64,000 bases of DNA. It comes from Ranitomeya imitator. Its lineage: Eukaryota. Shown here piece after piece: positions 24,894 through 36,045 of the stretch (within the stretch, counting starts at the first letter, position 1; the number at the start of each line of letters is the position of its first letter). The notes beneath the pieces were generated by a model. It was not told the DNA's origin and did no database searches. It saw only the letters and a list, made by a program, of their open reading frames with translations. Position numbers and translations under genes: made by a program. The stretch is from NCBI RefSeq assembly GCF_032444005.1, contig NC_091282.1:111476001-111540000 (forward strand), given 5' to 3'.

Positions 24894-27800
24894 CCCCTTA
24901 GTGACAGAGCCAATTTGGTACTTAATGACCGAGCCAATTTTTACAATTCTGACCACTGTCACTTTATGAAGTTATAACTCTGGAACGCTTTAATGGATCC
25001 CTCTGATTCAGAGACCGTTTTTTCCTGACATATTGTACTTCATGTTAGTGGTAACATTTCTTTGATATTACTTGCGATTATTTAGGAAAATAACGGAAAT
25101 GTGGCGAAAAATTTTTAAATTTTGCAATTTTCAAACTTTGTATTTTTATGCCCTTAAATCAGAGAGATATGTCACAAAAAATAGTTAAAAAAAGTAACAT
25201 TTCCCACATGTCTACTTTACATCAGCACAATTTTAGAAACAACATTTTTTTTGTTAGGGAGTTAAAAGGGTTAAAAGTTGACCAGCAATTTCTCATTTTT
25301 ACAACACCATTTTTTTTTTAGGGACCACATCACATGTGAAGTCATTTTGAGGGGTCTATATGATAGAAAATAACCAAGTGTGACACCATTCTTAAAACTG
25401 CACCCCTCAAGGTGCTCAAAACCACATTCAAGAAGTTTATTAACCCTTTTCGTGCTTCACAGTAACTGAAACAATGTGGAAGGAAAAAATGAACATTTAA
25501 CTTTTTTTGCAAACATTTTACTTCAGAACCATTTTTTTTTTCACAAGTGTAAAAACAGAAATGTAACCATAAAATTTGTTGTGCAATTTCTCCTGAATAG
25601 TCCGATACTCTATATGTGGGGGTAAACCACTGTTTGGACGCACTGCAGAGCTTGGAAGAGAAGGAGTGCCATTTGACTTTTTCAATGCAGAATTGGCTGG
25701 AATTGAGATCTGATGCCATGTCACGTTTAGAGAGCCCCTGATGTGCCTAAATAATAGAAACCCCCCCCAAAGTGACACAATTTTGGATACTAGACCCCTT
25801 AAGGAACTTATCTAGATGTGTGGTGAGCACTTTAAAACCCCAGGTGCTTCACAGAAGTTTATAACGTAGAGCCGTAAAAATAAAAAAATCGCATTTTTTC
25901 TACAAAAATGATTTTTTTGCCCCAAAATTTTTATTTTCACAAGGGTAACAGGAGAAATTAGACAACATAAGTTGTTGTTCAATTTCTCCTGAGTACGTCG
26001 ATGCACCATATGTGGGGGTAAACCACTGTTTGGGCGCACCGCAGAGCTTGGAAGAGAAGGAGTGCCGTTTGACTTTTTCAATGCAGAATTGGCTGCAATT
26101 GAGATCGGACTCCATGTTGCGTTTGCAGAGCCCCTGATGTGCCTAAACAGTGGAAACCCCCCACAAGTGACACCATTTTGGAAACTAGACCCATTAAGGA
26201 ACTTATCTAGATATGTGGTGAGCACTTTGAACCTCCAAGTGCGTCACAGAAATTTATAAAGTAGAGCCATGAAAATAAAAAATCCTTTTTTTTCCCTCAA
26301 AAATTATTTTTTAGCCCGCAATTTTTTTATTTTCTCAAGGGTAACAGGAGACATTGGACCCCAAAATTTGTTGAACAGTTTGTCCTGAGTATGCTGATAC
26401 CCCATATGTGGGGGGGGCACTGTTTGGGCACACATCAGGGCTCGGAAGGGAAGGAGCGCCTCTTGGAATGCAGACTTTGATGGGATGGTCTGCGGGCGTC
26501 ATGTTGCATTTGCAGAGCTCCTGATGTACCTAAACAGTAGAAACCCCCCACAAGTGACCCCATTTTGGAAACTAGACCCCCCAAAGAGCTTATCTCGATG
26601 TGTGATGAGCACTGTGAATCCCCAACTGCTTCACAGAAGTTTATAATGTAGAGCCATGAAAATAACAAAAATTATATTTTTTCCACAAAAATGATGTTTT
26701 CACCCCCAAATTTTTTCTTTCTTAAGGGTAACAGGAGAAATTGGACCCCAAAATTTATTGTGCAATTTATGCTGAGTAGGCTGATACCCCATATATGGGG
26801 GGACCACTGTTTGGGCACATGGCAGAGCCGTTTTGGAATGCAGACTTTGATAGAATGGTCTGCGGGTGTTATGCTGTATTTGCAGAGCTCCTGATGTACC
26901 TAAACAGTAGAAACCCCCCACAAGTGACCCCATTTTAGAAACTAGACCCCCCAAAGAGCTTATCTCGATGTGTGATGAGCACTATGAACCCCCAACTGCT
27001 TCACAGAAGTTTATAATGTCCCCAACCTGTAGCTTGGGAGCCACATGTCGTGAGTCGTGAAAATAAAAAAACAAAAACATTTTCCGCAAAAATGATTTTT
27101 TAGCCCCCAAGTTTTTATTTTCACAAATGTAACAGGAGAAATTGGACCACAAAAGTTGTTGTCCAATTTATCCTGAGTACACTGATGCCCCATATGTGGG
27201 GGTAAACCACTGTTTGGGCGCACAGCAGAGCTCAGAAGGGAGGGAGCACCATTTGACTTTTTGAGAGCAAAATTGGCTGTCTTGTTTGGAGACCCCCTGA
27301 TGTACCTAAACAGTGAAACCCCCCCCCCAATTCTAACTCCAAACCTAACCCCAACGCACCCTTAACCCTAATCCCAACCCGATCCATAATCCTAATCACA
27401 ACCCTAACGATAATCACAACCCTAACCCCAAAACAACCCTAATCCCAACCCTAACCATAACCCTAATCAGAACCCTAAATCCAACACACCCCTAATTCTA
27501 ATCTCAACCATAACCTCACACCTAACCCTAATCCCAATACACCCCTAACCCTAATCCCAACCGTAACCTTAACCCTAATCTCAAACCTAACCCTAATTCC
27601 AAACGTAACCCTAATGCCAACCCTAACCCTAATACCAACCCTAATCCAAACCCTAACCCTAATCCCAACTCTAACCCTAACTTTAGCCGCAACCCTAGCC
27701 CTAACTTTAGTCCCAACCCTAACCCTAGCCCTAACCCTAGCCCTAACTTTAGCCCCAACCCCAACCATAACCCTAAACCTAGCCCTAACCCTAACTTTAG

Positions 27801-28628
27801 CCCCAACCCTAACCCTAGCCTTAACCCTAACCCTAACTTTAGCCCCAACCCTAACCCTAGCCCTAACCCTAACTCTAACCCTAGCTTTAGCCCAACTCCT
27901 CTAGCTGCTGGCCGGCAGATCATGGCAGGCGCACTGCGCATGCGCCCGCCATTTTCTTACTGGATGAAGAAGCCGGTAGCCAGAAGGGGACGCAGGAGGA
28001 CCCAGGGACACCGGTAAGTATAACAGGGGAATCCCCCTATTTCTCTGTCCTCTGATGTGCGATCGCTTTTGTTTTCCGATAAAACAGTAAACAGTTAATT
28101 ACCGGCGATCGCAAAACGGGGGTCGGTGAAAACCGACCCCGATCATGTTCTTTTTGGGTCTCGGCTACCCCCGGCAGCCAAGACCCCAAAGATCTTCCGG
28201 GTGCCAGCCGGCGGGCGCACTGCACATGCTCCCGCCATTTTTTGGCCAGAACAAGATGGCGGCACCCATCGGCAGCCATGAGGAGCACCGGAGGAGACAG
28301 GTGAGTATCTGGGGGGCGATCCGGGACCCCATTTCTCTGTCCTCTGATGTGTGATGACATCAAAGGACAGAGAAATTAAATGGGAAATCGCGTTTTTGGG
28401 GTTTTTTTGCGACCGCCGGTAAACGGTTAATTACCTGCGATCGCAACCCGGGGGTCGGTAAAAATAACCAGAATCATGTTCTCTGGGGTCCCTGCTACCG
28501 AGACCCCAGAAAAAATCCGACTCTGGGGGCGCTATTCACTTTTTACACAGCGCCATTAATTAACGGCGCTGTGGTTTAAATACCCTTAACTGCCGCCGTT
28601 AAAAGGCATATCGGCGGTCGCTAAGGGG
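24894..28628 (+). mobile_element. Complete piggyBac-like non-autonomous element (3735 bp)
   Basis: TTAA TSD (24890-24893 and 28629-28632); TIR CCCCTTAG(T/C)GAC; five ~370-405 bp subrepeats plus a telomere-like array; no transposase. Superfamily inferred from TTAA plus CCC termini. Confidence 0.9.
27330..27897 (+). repeat. Interstitial telomere-like array (CCCTAA with CCCTAG, CCCCAA, CTTTAG variants)
   Basis: Direct reading; source of the low-complexity LGLG/RVRV/LTLT ORFs. Confidence 0.95.
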
Positions 28629-28766
28629 TTAAAGTCAATATGGACCCTTTGAAGGGTTCTGCTACATGGCCTATGGTAAGAAGCCAAACCAGAAACTGCT
28701 CTCCACGAGTAGAAATTTTACCCTTTAGACTACCTGTTCGAAGCCTAAACTAAACCAGTTCTTCTG

Positions 28767-28813
28767 ATTTGCACTGATGAGGGGCAAATACCCAGAAACA
28801 TGTGCCTACAAAT
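28767..28813 (+). ncRNA. Degenerate minimal type I hammerhead ribozyme
   Basis: ATTTGCA-CTGATGA-GGGG-CAAATA-CCCA-GAAA-CATGTG-CC-TACAAAT: intact CUGAUGA and GAAA core, stems I-III recognisable, cleavage triplet GCC instead of GUC. Confidence 0.65.
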
Positions 28814-29007
28814 GAAGTTTATGGTTTGGCTTCTTATCCTAAGTCATGTGGCAAGAGTTCCTGACCTCTTTCTCTTTGAAAAGGTTATATGCATGCATAA
28901 ATTCCAAGAGAAGCATTGCGTGGTCTATAAGTCTCCTTACACTGACTTAGTGCTCTCCGCAAGGTGAGACTTTATCCCTTAGACACCATTTATCTGAGCA
29001 CTATATG

Positions 29008-29578
29008 ATTACAGAACTAGAAACACATGGGCTACTTGGACATTGAACAAGTCTGTAGGAACCTGTTCACACACCACCAAGAAACTTGAAGACACAAAAG
29101 CGCACAGTGAGGTCAAAAATACTCTGTTGTATGAAAAAAATCACAGTAAAAAGCAAGTGCTAGTCAAAAAATGAAAAAATACAGGGTATTTAGTTACTTT
29201 TTTTTGCAGAAAAATGTATACTAAGCTGCTCCACCAATCGTCAAGGTATACCCATATAGAGCAGTCCTACCTAATGTATATAATCCCTATCTGATGTATT
29301 TAAAAACCTGATCATCTGTATAGTACCTGTATAAGCAGGGTTCAGAGAGGGAATTTTCATGTGGACATGCTGGATGGAACAGCTTTGATGCAAATGACCC
29401 ATAAGGAGTGGTGGACTCCCCAGTCTTGTAGAAACAAGAGAACAATTACAGAACCAGAAACACATGGGCTACTTGAACATTGAACAAGTCTGTAGGAACC
29501 TGTTCACACACCACCAAGAAACTTGAAGACACAAAAGAGCACAGTGAGGTCAAAAATACTCTGTTGTAAAAAAAAAAA
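29008..29578. repeat. Partial tandem (about 1.3 units of 437 bp), Penelope pLTR/retrozyme-like architecture
   Basis: 29008-29130 repeats at 29445-29568; ends in an A-run. Confidence 0.7.
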
Positions 29579-30867
29579 GTTAGTTTCAATGCTGTAAGGC
29601 ACTTTTTGTTTGGCTGTTGAATACTTTATAACCCTTGGCATTATATTTTTGAGTGCTGTAAACACATCCAGAATATCTGATTGCTGAATCACTCTATATA
29701 TCAGGAAGCTGTAGGGCACAACTTATCTGCGTGGCACTGTTTGGCCACGGTACTGATCTATTTATCCAGGGAAACATTGACCCCATGATTTACTGTAACA
29801 TCTGAATAGTATAGTTTAGTGATAGCCTTAGAAGAAAAAGTTAACTGGCAGCCTAATGCAAATCTGTCGCAGAAGAAGGAATATAAATCTGGAGCTATCA
29901 AGCAGCAGCACCATAACCGGTACAAACTGACCAATTTTCTACTCACTTTTTATGACAAGAAGTTATAAAAAGGTGAACTGAATACAAACATGGACTCTGT
30001 GTGTTCATACAATATATTATAAATTGATTACTAATTCAGTGCCCAAAAACAGATAAAGGAGACAGATGATAAATGGCCTCTGCTGTCTCTAGAACCTTTA
30101 TTTACTCATAAAACTCTTTACAACACTGAAGAAGACCCGCTGTATCCTACATTTATCTGCAGACCACAAATGATCAGGAGCAAAAACAATCATGAAATGT
30201 ATTGTAAAGGGAATATAAGTGCATGACTATATCATATTATAGTTCGGCGTGACATTGCCACCACAAGGACACACTTATTTAATCACGCAGTATTCATATG
30301 TCTATCTAGCAGTGTTTAGTTTATTCTGTCAATAGCAACATTCAAACATTTACATGGTGCAAATCGCAATGCAACAGCTGAAAGAGGGAAAAAAAAGATA
30401 AAATCATATTAAACAGAGGTCTCCATTGGTTTATTGTTCTTACCACCCACACAACACACAATTCCCGGACTATTATTCAAGATATCACATGAAGGTTTCC
30501 ATTCGCCATTGTGTGAAATTAATTGCAGCATTTATGGTGCGTCTTTCAAAAGCCGAGGAAAGGTCTTGCTCTGTACGTGTCTGCCTGTAAGCGATATGTA
30601 ATATTATACCTATAATTAACCTAATGTATATATATGTCACCAGCATCAAATATCCAACAAGGATATTCAGAATATTTGTCAATCACAATCATGCGTTTAC
30701 AGAAATGTAACCATGTGTCTAGCTGTTAAAGCCCAGGTCCCCCAGTTGGATATGAATATGGAGAGTTGTATTGGGCATTTGCTATATATTCTAGGATAGG
30801 GAGGTCTATTAATGGCACCCAATAATCAAACTGATAACAAATGTTTCAAGAGACAGTCTAATCTGTA

Positions 30868-32420
30868 CAATGGCATGTATAAATGTGGGCACCACTGTTC
30901 AAAATTACTGTTATGGCGAACAGTTATGCAAGGAAATCGGAAAGGAAATCTTTTGTACCTACTGCTATGGGGATGTATAATAATTTCTTAAGGGTGGTAG
31001 ACAACAATGACTGATTGCAGGTGCACTAATGTCAATTAACAGTGACTTATATACCTGAACTATCTACATCTATTTGTTATCTAATGTTGGTATACTTGTG
31101 CAAGATTTGTGTCCTAATATTATATGTACTGCTGTTTGTATTGCTGCTGTAATACCGTAATTTCCCCCGGGATCAATAAAGTGTATCGTATCGTAAGTTG
31201 AAAAGTAAATGATCACTAAAAGGCCTAAAGTTAAAGAGGACACATTCCCTTTGAATTCTAGGTAAAAAATATATATATTTATTTTTTACATTTTAAAAAT
31301 TAGAAAAAAAGGAAAATGGACCAGTACAAAATTTTGGGTACCCTCCATAGATTGTAACTTGTAGCATTCCCTTTTGCAAGTATCACCACTTGTAAATGCT
31401 TTTTGTAGTCAGATAAGAATCTTAATTCTTGTTTAAAAGGATTTTCATCCATTCTTCCTTGGAAAATTCTTCCAGTTCTGTGAGATTCCTGGGTTGTCTT
31501 GCATGCACTGCTATTCTGAGGTCTAACTACAGATTTTCCTATGATGTTTAGATCAGGGGACTGTGAGGGCCATTGTAAAACCTTCAGCTTGCGCCTTTTG
31601 AGGTAGTTTATTGTGGATTTTGACGTGTGTTTAGGATTATTACCCATTTGTAGAAGCCATCCTTTTTTCAATTTCAGCTTTTTCAAAGAAGGTCTTATGT
31701 TTGCATCAAGAAGTTGTTGAAATTTCATTAAAACCATTCTTCCCTTTACCCTTGAAATGATCTACGTGCCATTGGCTGCAATATAACCCCAAAGCATGAT
31801 CGATTCACCCCCATACATAATGGTTGGCAAGATGTTCTTTTCCTGTAATTCTGTGCCCTTTTTTCTTTACACATACCTTTCATCATTGTGGCCAAAGTGT
31901 TCTATTTTAACCTCATCGGTCCACAGGACTTGTTTCCAAAATGCATTAGGCTTGTTTAGATGTTTCTGATGCTGAATTTTATGATGAGGGTGCAGGAGAG
32001 GTTTTTTTCTGATGACTCTTCCATGATGGCCATATTTGTGCAGGTGTCTCTGAACAGAAGAACAACGTACCACAACTCCAGAGTCTGCTAAATCTTTCTG
32101 AAAATATTTTGCAGTCAACTGGGGGTTCTGATTTGCCTCTCTAGCAATCCTACGAGCAGCTCTCACTAAATTTTTGCTTGGACTTCCCTACCTTATCTTG
32201 AACTACACTGTTCCTGTTAGCTGCCATTTATTAATCACATTTCGAACCGAGGAAAGGGCAACTCGAAAACGCTTTGCTATAGCCTTCTCCTGCTTTGTGG
32301 GCGTCCACCATTTTCATTTTCAGAGTGCTAGGCAGTGCTTAGAAGAACCCATGGCTGCTGTTTTTTTGGCCCAAGGTAGAGGAAATTGGGTTTTTATTTG
32401 CATCACCTGGCCTTCCCTAA
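30868..32420 (-). mobile_element. Tc1/mariner element, decayed transposase, one TIR present
   Basis: TA|CAATGGCATG TIR; ORFs 31867-32166 (WKQVLWTDEVKIEHFG) and 31300-31737 (QM.NNPKHTSKST..WPSQSPDLNII). Confidence 0.92.
30933..31194 (+). mobile_element. Rex1/Babar-like LINE 3' fragment inserted in the Tc1 TIR region
   Basis: RKSFVPTAMGMYN C-terminus, then GGGATCAATAAAGT and a (TATCG)n tail; AAG duplicated at the flanks; Tc1 sequence resumes after it. Confidence 0.65.
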
Positions 32421-33029
32421 CAGATTATTGTCAGGGGAGATAAAGATCCAACTGTCCAATTTTGGACTACCAATCCTTTTGTTGTCTAACTGATGAGTGC
32501 AATCCAGAGAAGTCAGCCATCAGCTCTTATAGGGAAAACATCTGACTCCACTCAGATGACAGAATAGAAGAAAACAGAGAAGTTTTTTTCCTCTATCTTC
32601 TCTTCATCTGATGAAAGAATCTATGACTGTCTTCACAGGAGGGAAAATAGATTAATGTTAGCAGACCTCTTTTGAAAATAACATGTCACTTTACATACAT
32701 ACAGTATGTATTTTTATATAGAGTAAATGCCACTGTTCTCCTGAATCTAGCGTTGTTTTTCATTTGTTCAAGCTCCTCTCGATTCCCAAGATATGGTCCT
32801 CTCCTCACTGTATATAAATCTTGTATTTCTAACCAATTGGACATGTATTCAACTATTCTACTGGGAGTTTTCTTATAGGAACACACTGAGTTAGCTAAAA
32901 AGACTAGATTTATATATAGGGACGAGAAGGCCATATCTCTAAAATGTTCCTTTTATATATGGCTTGAAAAGGGCACTATGTAGCCAAATTGTTGCAATTA
33001 CTTTTTTTTCCTGAGTATGCTGTGACTAA

Positions 33030-33398
33030 GGCTATGTGCACACGTTCAGGATTTCTTGCAGAAAATTCCTGAGAATTCCGGACATTTTCTGCAAGAAATC
33101 CGCAAGAAAACCGCATGTGTTTTTGCCGCGGTTTTGCAGCGTTTTTGCCGCGGTTTTTTCCGGACACCTCCCAATGCATTTTGGAGTGGAAATCCGCAAA
33201 AAAAACGCAAAAAGATAGAGCATGTCCGGATTTTGTGCGGTATGCGTTTTTTTTTGCGGAAAAAAACGCATCATGTGCACAAAACATGCGGAATTCATTC
33301 TAAATGATGGGATGCTTATTATATGCGGTTTTTTTTGCGGTTTTATAGCGTTTTTATCGGGAAAAACCGCGAAAAAACCGCAACGTGTGAACACAGCC
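33030..33398. mobile_element. Harbinger-like MITE
   Basis: GGCT.TGT.CACACGTT TIR with TAA TSD. Confidence 0.88.
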
Positions 33399-33804
33399 TA
33401 ATAAAGATATTTCTGGAGTAGAACGTTTAGTGTCTTGGATATTTGGAATTTTAGCGATTTTGCAACATTGTGCGGTATGACTGACGAAGACTGCACGGAC
33501 TACAGAGTGGTGCACATACATAATTTTGAACTGTCAGGAATGGAGAGGCACAGGAAAAATGAAAAACAATGTGTGACATTTGTGTCTGAACACACTCCTA
33601 TTGCCTCTGCCCTGTCCCTATATGGCACTGCACTTAACCATGTACTGTATACCTAAGCTACTGCAGTGCCATGCACATGCGGTATGTGACATAGCTAATC
33701 AGAAGAACTATACTATATTTCTAATTTGAGGTATTTGCTAATATTATTTGTGACAACACAGCATTTAATCTTAATTATCCAGATGTCTATTTTCAGTAAG
33801 CCAG

Positions 33805-35996
33805 CACACTGCATCTCTCTTATACCAGGTCCTACGCTGAGTCTATGTTTGGATGTGCAGGTCAGGTTTTTGAAATGTATTCTCTAGCCTTCTGATCGTG
33901 CACTCCGCCTCCTAGCCACAGGTGTTTTAATTACAGCAGGTCCAGTACCCCTCCACAGAGAGAGAGAATTTTAGTCTAGGAAGAGGTTTCACATGTACCC
34001 ATTCAGATGGAGACGTTTATTCTCAGCGAGGTAAGGCAAGCGTAGGACCTGGTATAAGAGAGATGCCATAAAGGGGCTACCATGTACACATAAAATTGGC
34101 CATTTTTATGCGCTAAACGCTCTCATTTTTCATATTTCTAGTGCAGTAATGCAGTTCAAATTTCGTATTTCAAGTTTGTATGTTCTAGCGCTGCAGTGTG
34201 CTGCCTTATTTACTTAACTATATACGAGTTGGCGACTCTAGGTTCAGCACCTGTTCACACTGAGTCTATGTTTGGATGTGCAGGTCAGGTTTTTGAAATG
34301 TATTCTCTAGCCTTCTGATCGTGCACTCCGCCTCCTAGCCACAGGTGTTTTAATTACAGCAGGTCCAGTACCCCTCCACAGAGAGAGAGAATTTTAGTCT
34401 AGGAAGAGGTTTCACATGTACCCATTCAGATGGAGACGTTTATTCTCAGCGAGGTAAGGCAAGCGTAGGACCTGGTATAAGAGAGATGCCGTAAAGGGGC
34501 TACCATGTACACATAAAATTGGCCATTTTTATGCGCTAAACGCTCTCATTTTTCATATTTCTAGTGCAGTAATGCAGTTCAAATTTCGTATTTCAAGTTT
34601 GTATGTTCTAGCGCTGCAGTGTGCTGCCTTATTTACTTAACTATATACGAGTTGGCGACTCTAGGTTCAGCACCTGTTCACACTGAGTCTATGTTTGGAT
34701 GTGCAGGTCAGGTTTTTGAAATGTATTCTCTAGCCTTCTGATCGTGCACTCCGCCTCCTAGCCACAGGTGTTTTAATTACAGCAGGTCCAGTACCCCTCC
34801 ACAGAGAGAGAGAATTTTAGTCTAGGAAGAGGTTTCACATGTACCCATTCAGATGGAGACGTTTATTCTCAGCGAGGTAAGGCAAGCGTAGGACCTGGTA
34901 TAAGAGAGATGCCGTAAAGGGGCTACCAGGTACACATAAAATTGGCCATTTTTATGCGCTAAACGCTCTCATTTTTCATATTTCTAGTGCAGTAATGCAG
35001 TTCAAATTTCGTATTTCAAGTTTGTATGTTCTAGCGCTGCAGTGTACTGCCTTATTTACTTAACTATATACGAGTTGGCGACTCTAGGTTCAGCACCTGT
35101 TCACACTGAGTCTATGTTTGGATGTGCAGGTCAGGTTTTTGAAATGTATTCTCTAGCCTTCTGATCGTGCACTCCGCCTCCTAGCCACAGGTGTTTTAAT
35201 TACAGCAGGTCTAGTACCCCTCCACAGAGAGAGAGAATTTTAGTCTAGGAAGAGGTTTCACATGTACCCATTCAGATGGAGACGTTTATTCTCAGCGAGG
35301 TAAGGCAAGCGAAGTACCTGGTATAAGAGAGATGCCGTAAAGGGGCTACCAGGTACACATAAAATTGGCCATTTTTATGCGCTAAACGCTCTCATTTTTC
35401 ATATTTCTAGTGCAGTAATGCAGTTCAAATTTCGTATTTCAAGTTTGTATGTTCTAGCGCTGCAGTGTGCTGCCTTATTTACTTAACTATATACGAGTTG
35501 GCGACTCTAGGTTCAGCACCTGTTCACGCTGAGTCTATGTTTGGATGTGCAGGTCAGGTTTTTGAAATGTATTCTCTAGCCTTCTGATCGTGCACTCCGC
35601 CTCCTAGCCACAGGTGTTTTAATTACAGCAGGTCCAGTACCCCTCCACAGAGAGAGAGAATTTTAGTCTAGGAAGAGGTTTCACATGTACCCATTCAGAT
35701 GGAGACGTTTATTCTCAGCTAGGTAAGGCAAGCGTAGGACCTAGTATAAGAGAGATGCCGTAAAGGGGCTACCAGGTACACATAAAATTGGCCATTTTTA
35801 TGCGCTAAACGCTCTAATTTTTCATATTTCTAGTGCAGTAATGCAGTTCAAATTTCGTATTTCAAGTTTGTATGTTCTAGCGCTGCAGTGTGCTGCCTTA
35901 TTTACCTAACTATATACGAGTTGGCGACTCTAGGTTCAGCACCTGTTCACACTGAGTCTATGTTTGGATGTGCAGGTCAGGTTTTTGAAATGTATT
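33805..35996. repeat. Tandem array of a 423-bp non-coding unit (5 units plus ~43 bp) with an inverted head
   Basis: GAGTCTATG recurs at 33839, 34262, 34685, 35108, 35531 and 35954; units differ by only a few substitutions. Confidence 0.97.
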
Positions 35997-36045
35997 TTTA
36001 GTAAGCCAGGAGGCATAGACTATTATCTTTATGTTGACTCTTCTT

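Larger units (their letters stand above)
24807..28931. mobile_element. Fold-back non-coding element carrying a hammerhead-like motif, split by the piggyBac-like insertion
   Basis: Arms pair across the insertion: GAGAAAGAGGTCAGGA (~24842) with TCCTGACCTCTTTCTC (~28859); ACATGGCCTATGGTAAGAAGCCAAACCA (~28664) with TGGTTTGGCTTCTTATCCTAAGTCATGT (~28822). Confidence 0.6.

Noticed and set aside
27330-27897. True telomere or chromosome-fusion scar
   Set aside because: Single orientation, degenerate, and enclosed within a TSD-flanked element present twice.
27475-27941. ORFs with RVRV/LGLG/LTLT repeats
   Set aside because: Translations of the telomere-like hexamer array.
30378-30593. Two-exon model MLQLISHNGEWK...VG-AVALRFAP
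   Set aside because: Needs a 66-nt intron and has in-frame stops upstream; no homology.
32480-32620. CTGATGA motifs (also ~52409)
   Set aside because: No stem II or GAAA in hammerhead geometry.
33839-35996. CRISPR array, or canonical hammerhead in the 423-bp unit
   Set aside because: No unique spacers and a eukaryotic context. All CTGA sites checked on both strands (CTGATCG, CTGAGTC, CTGAACC, CTGAGAA, CTGAATG, CTGACCT) fail CTGANGA.
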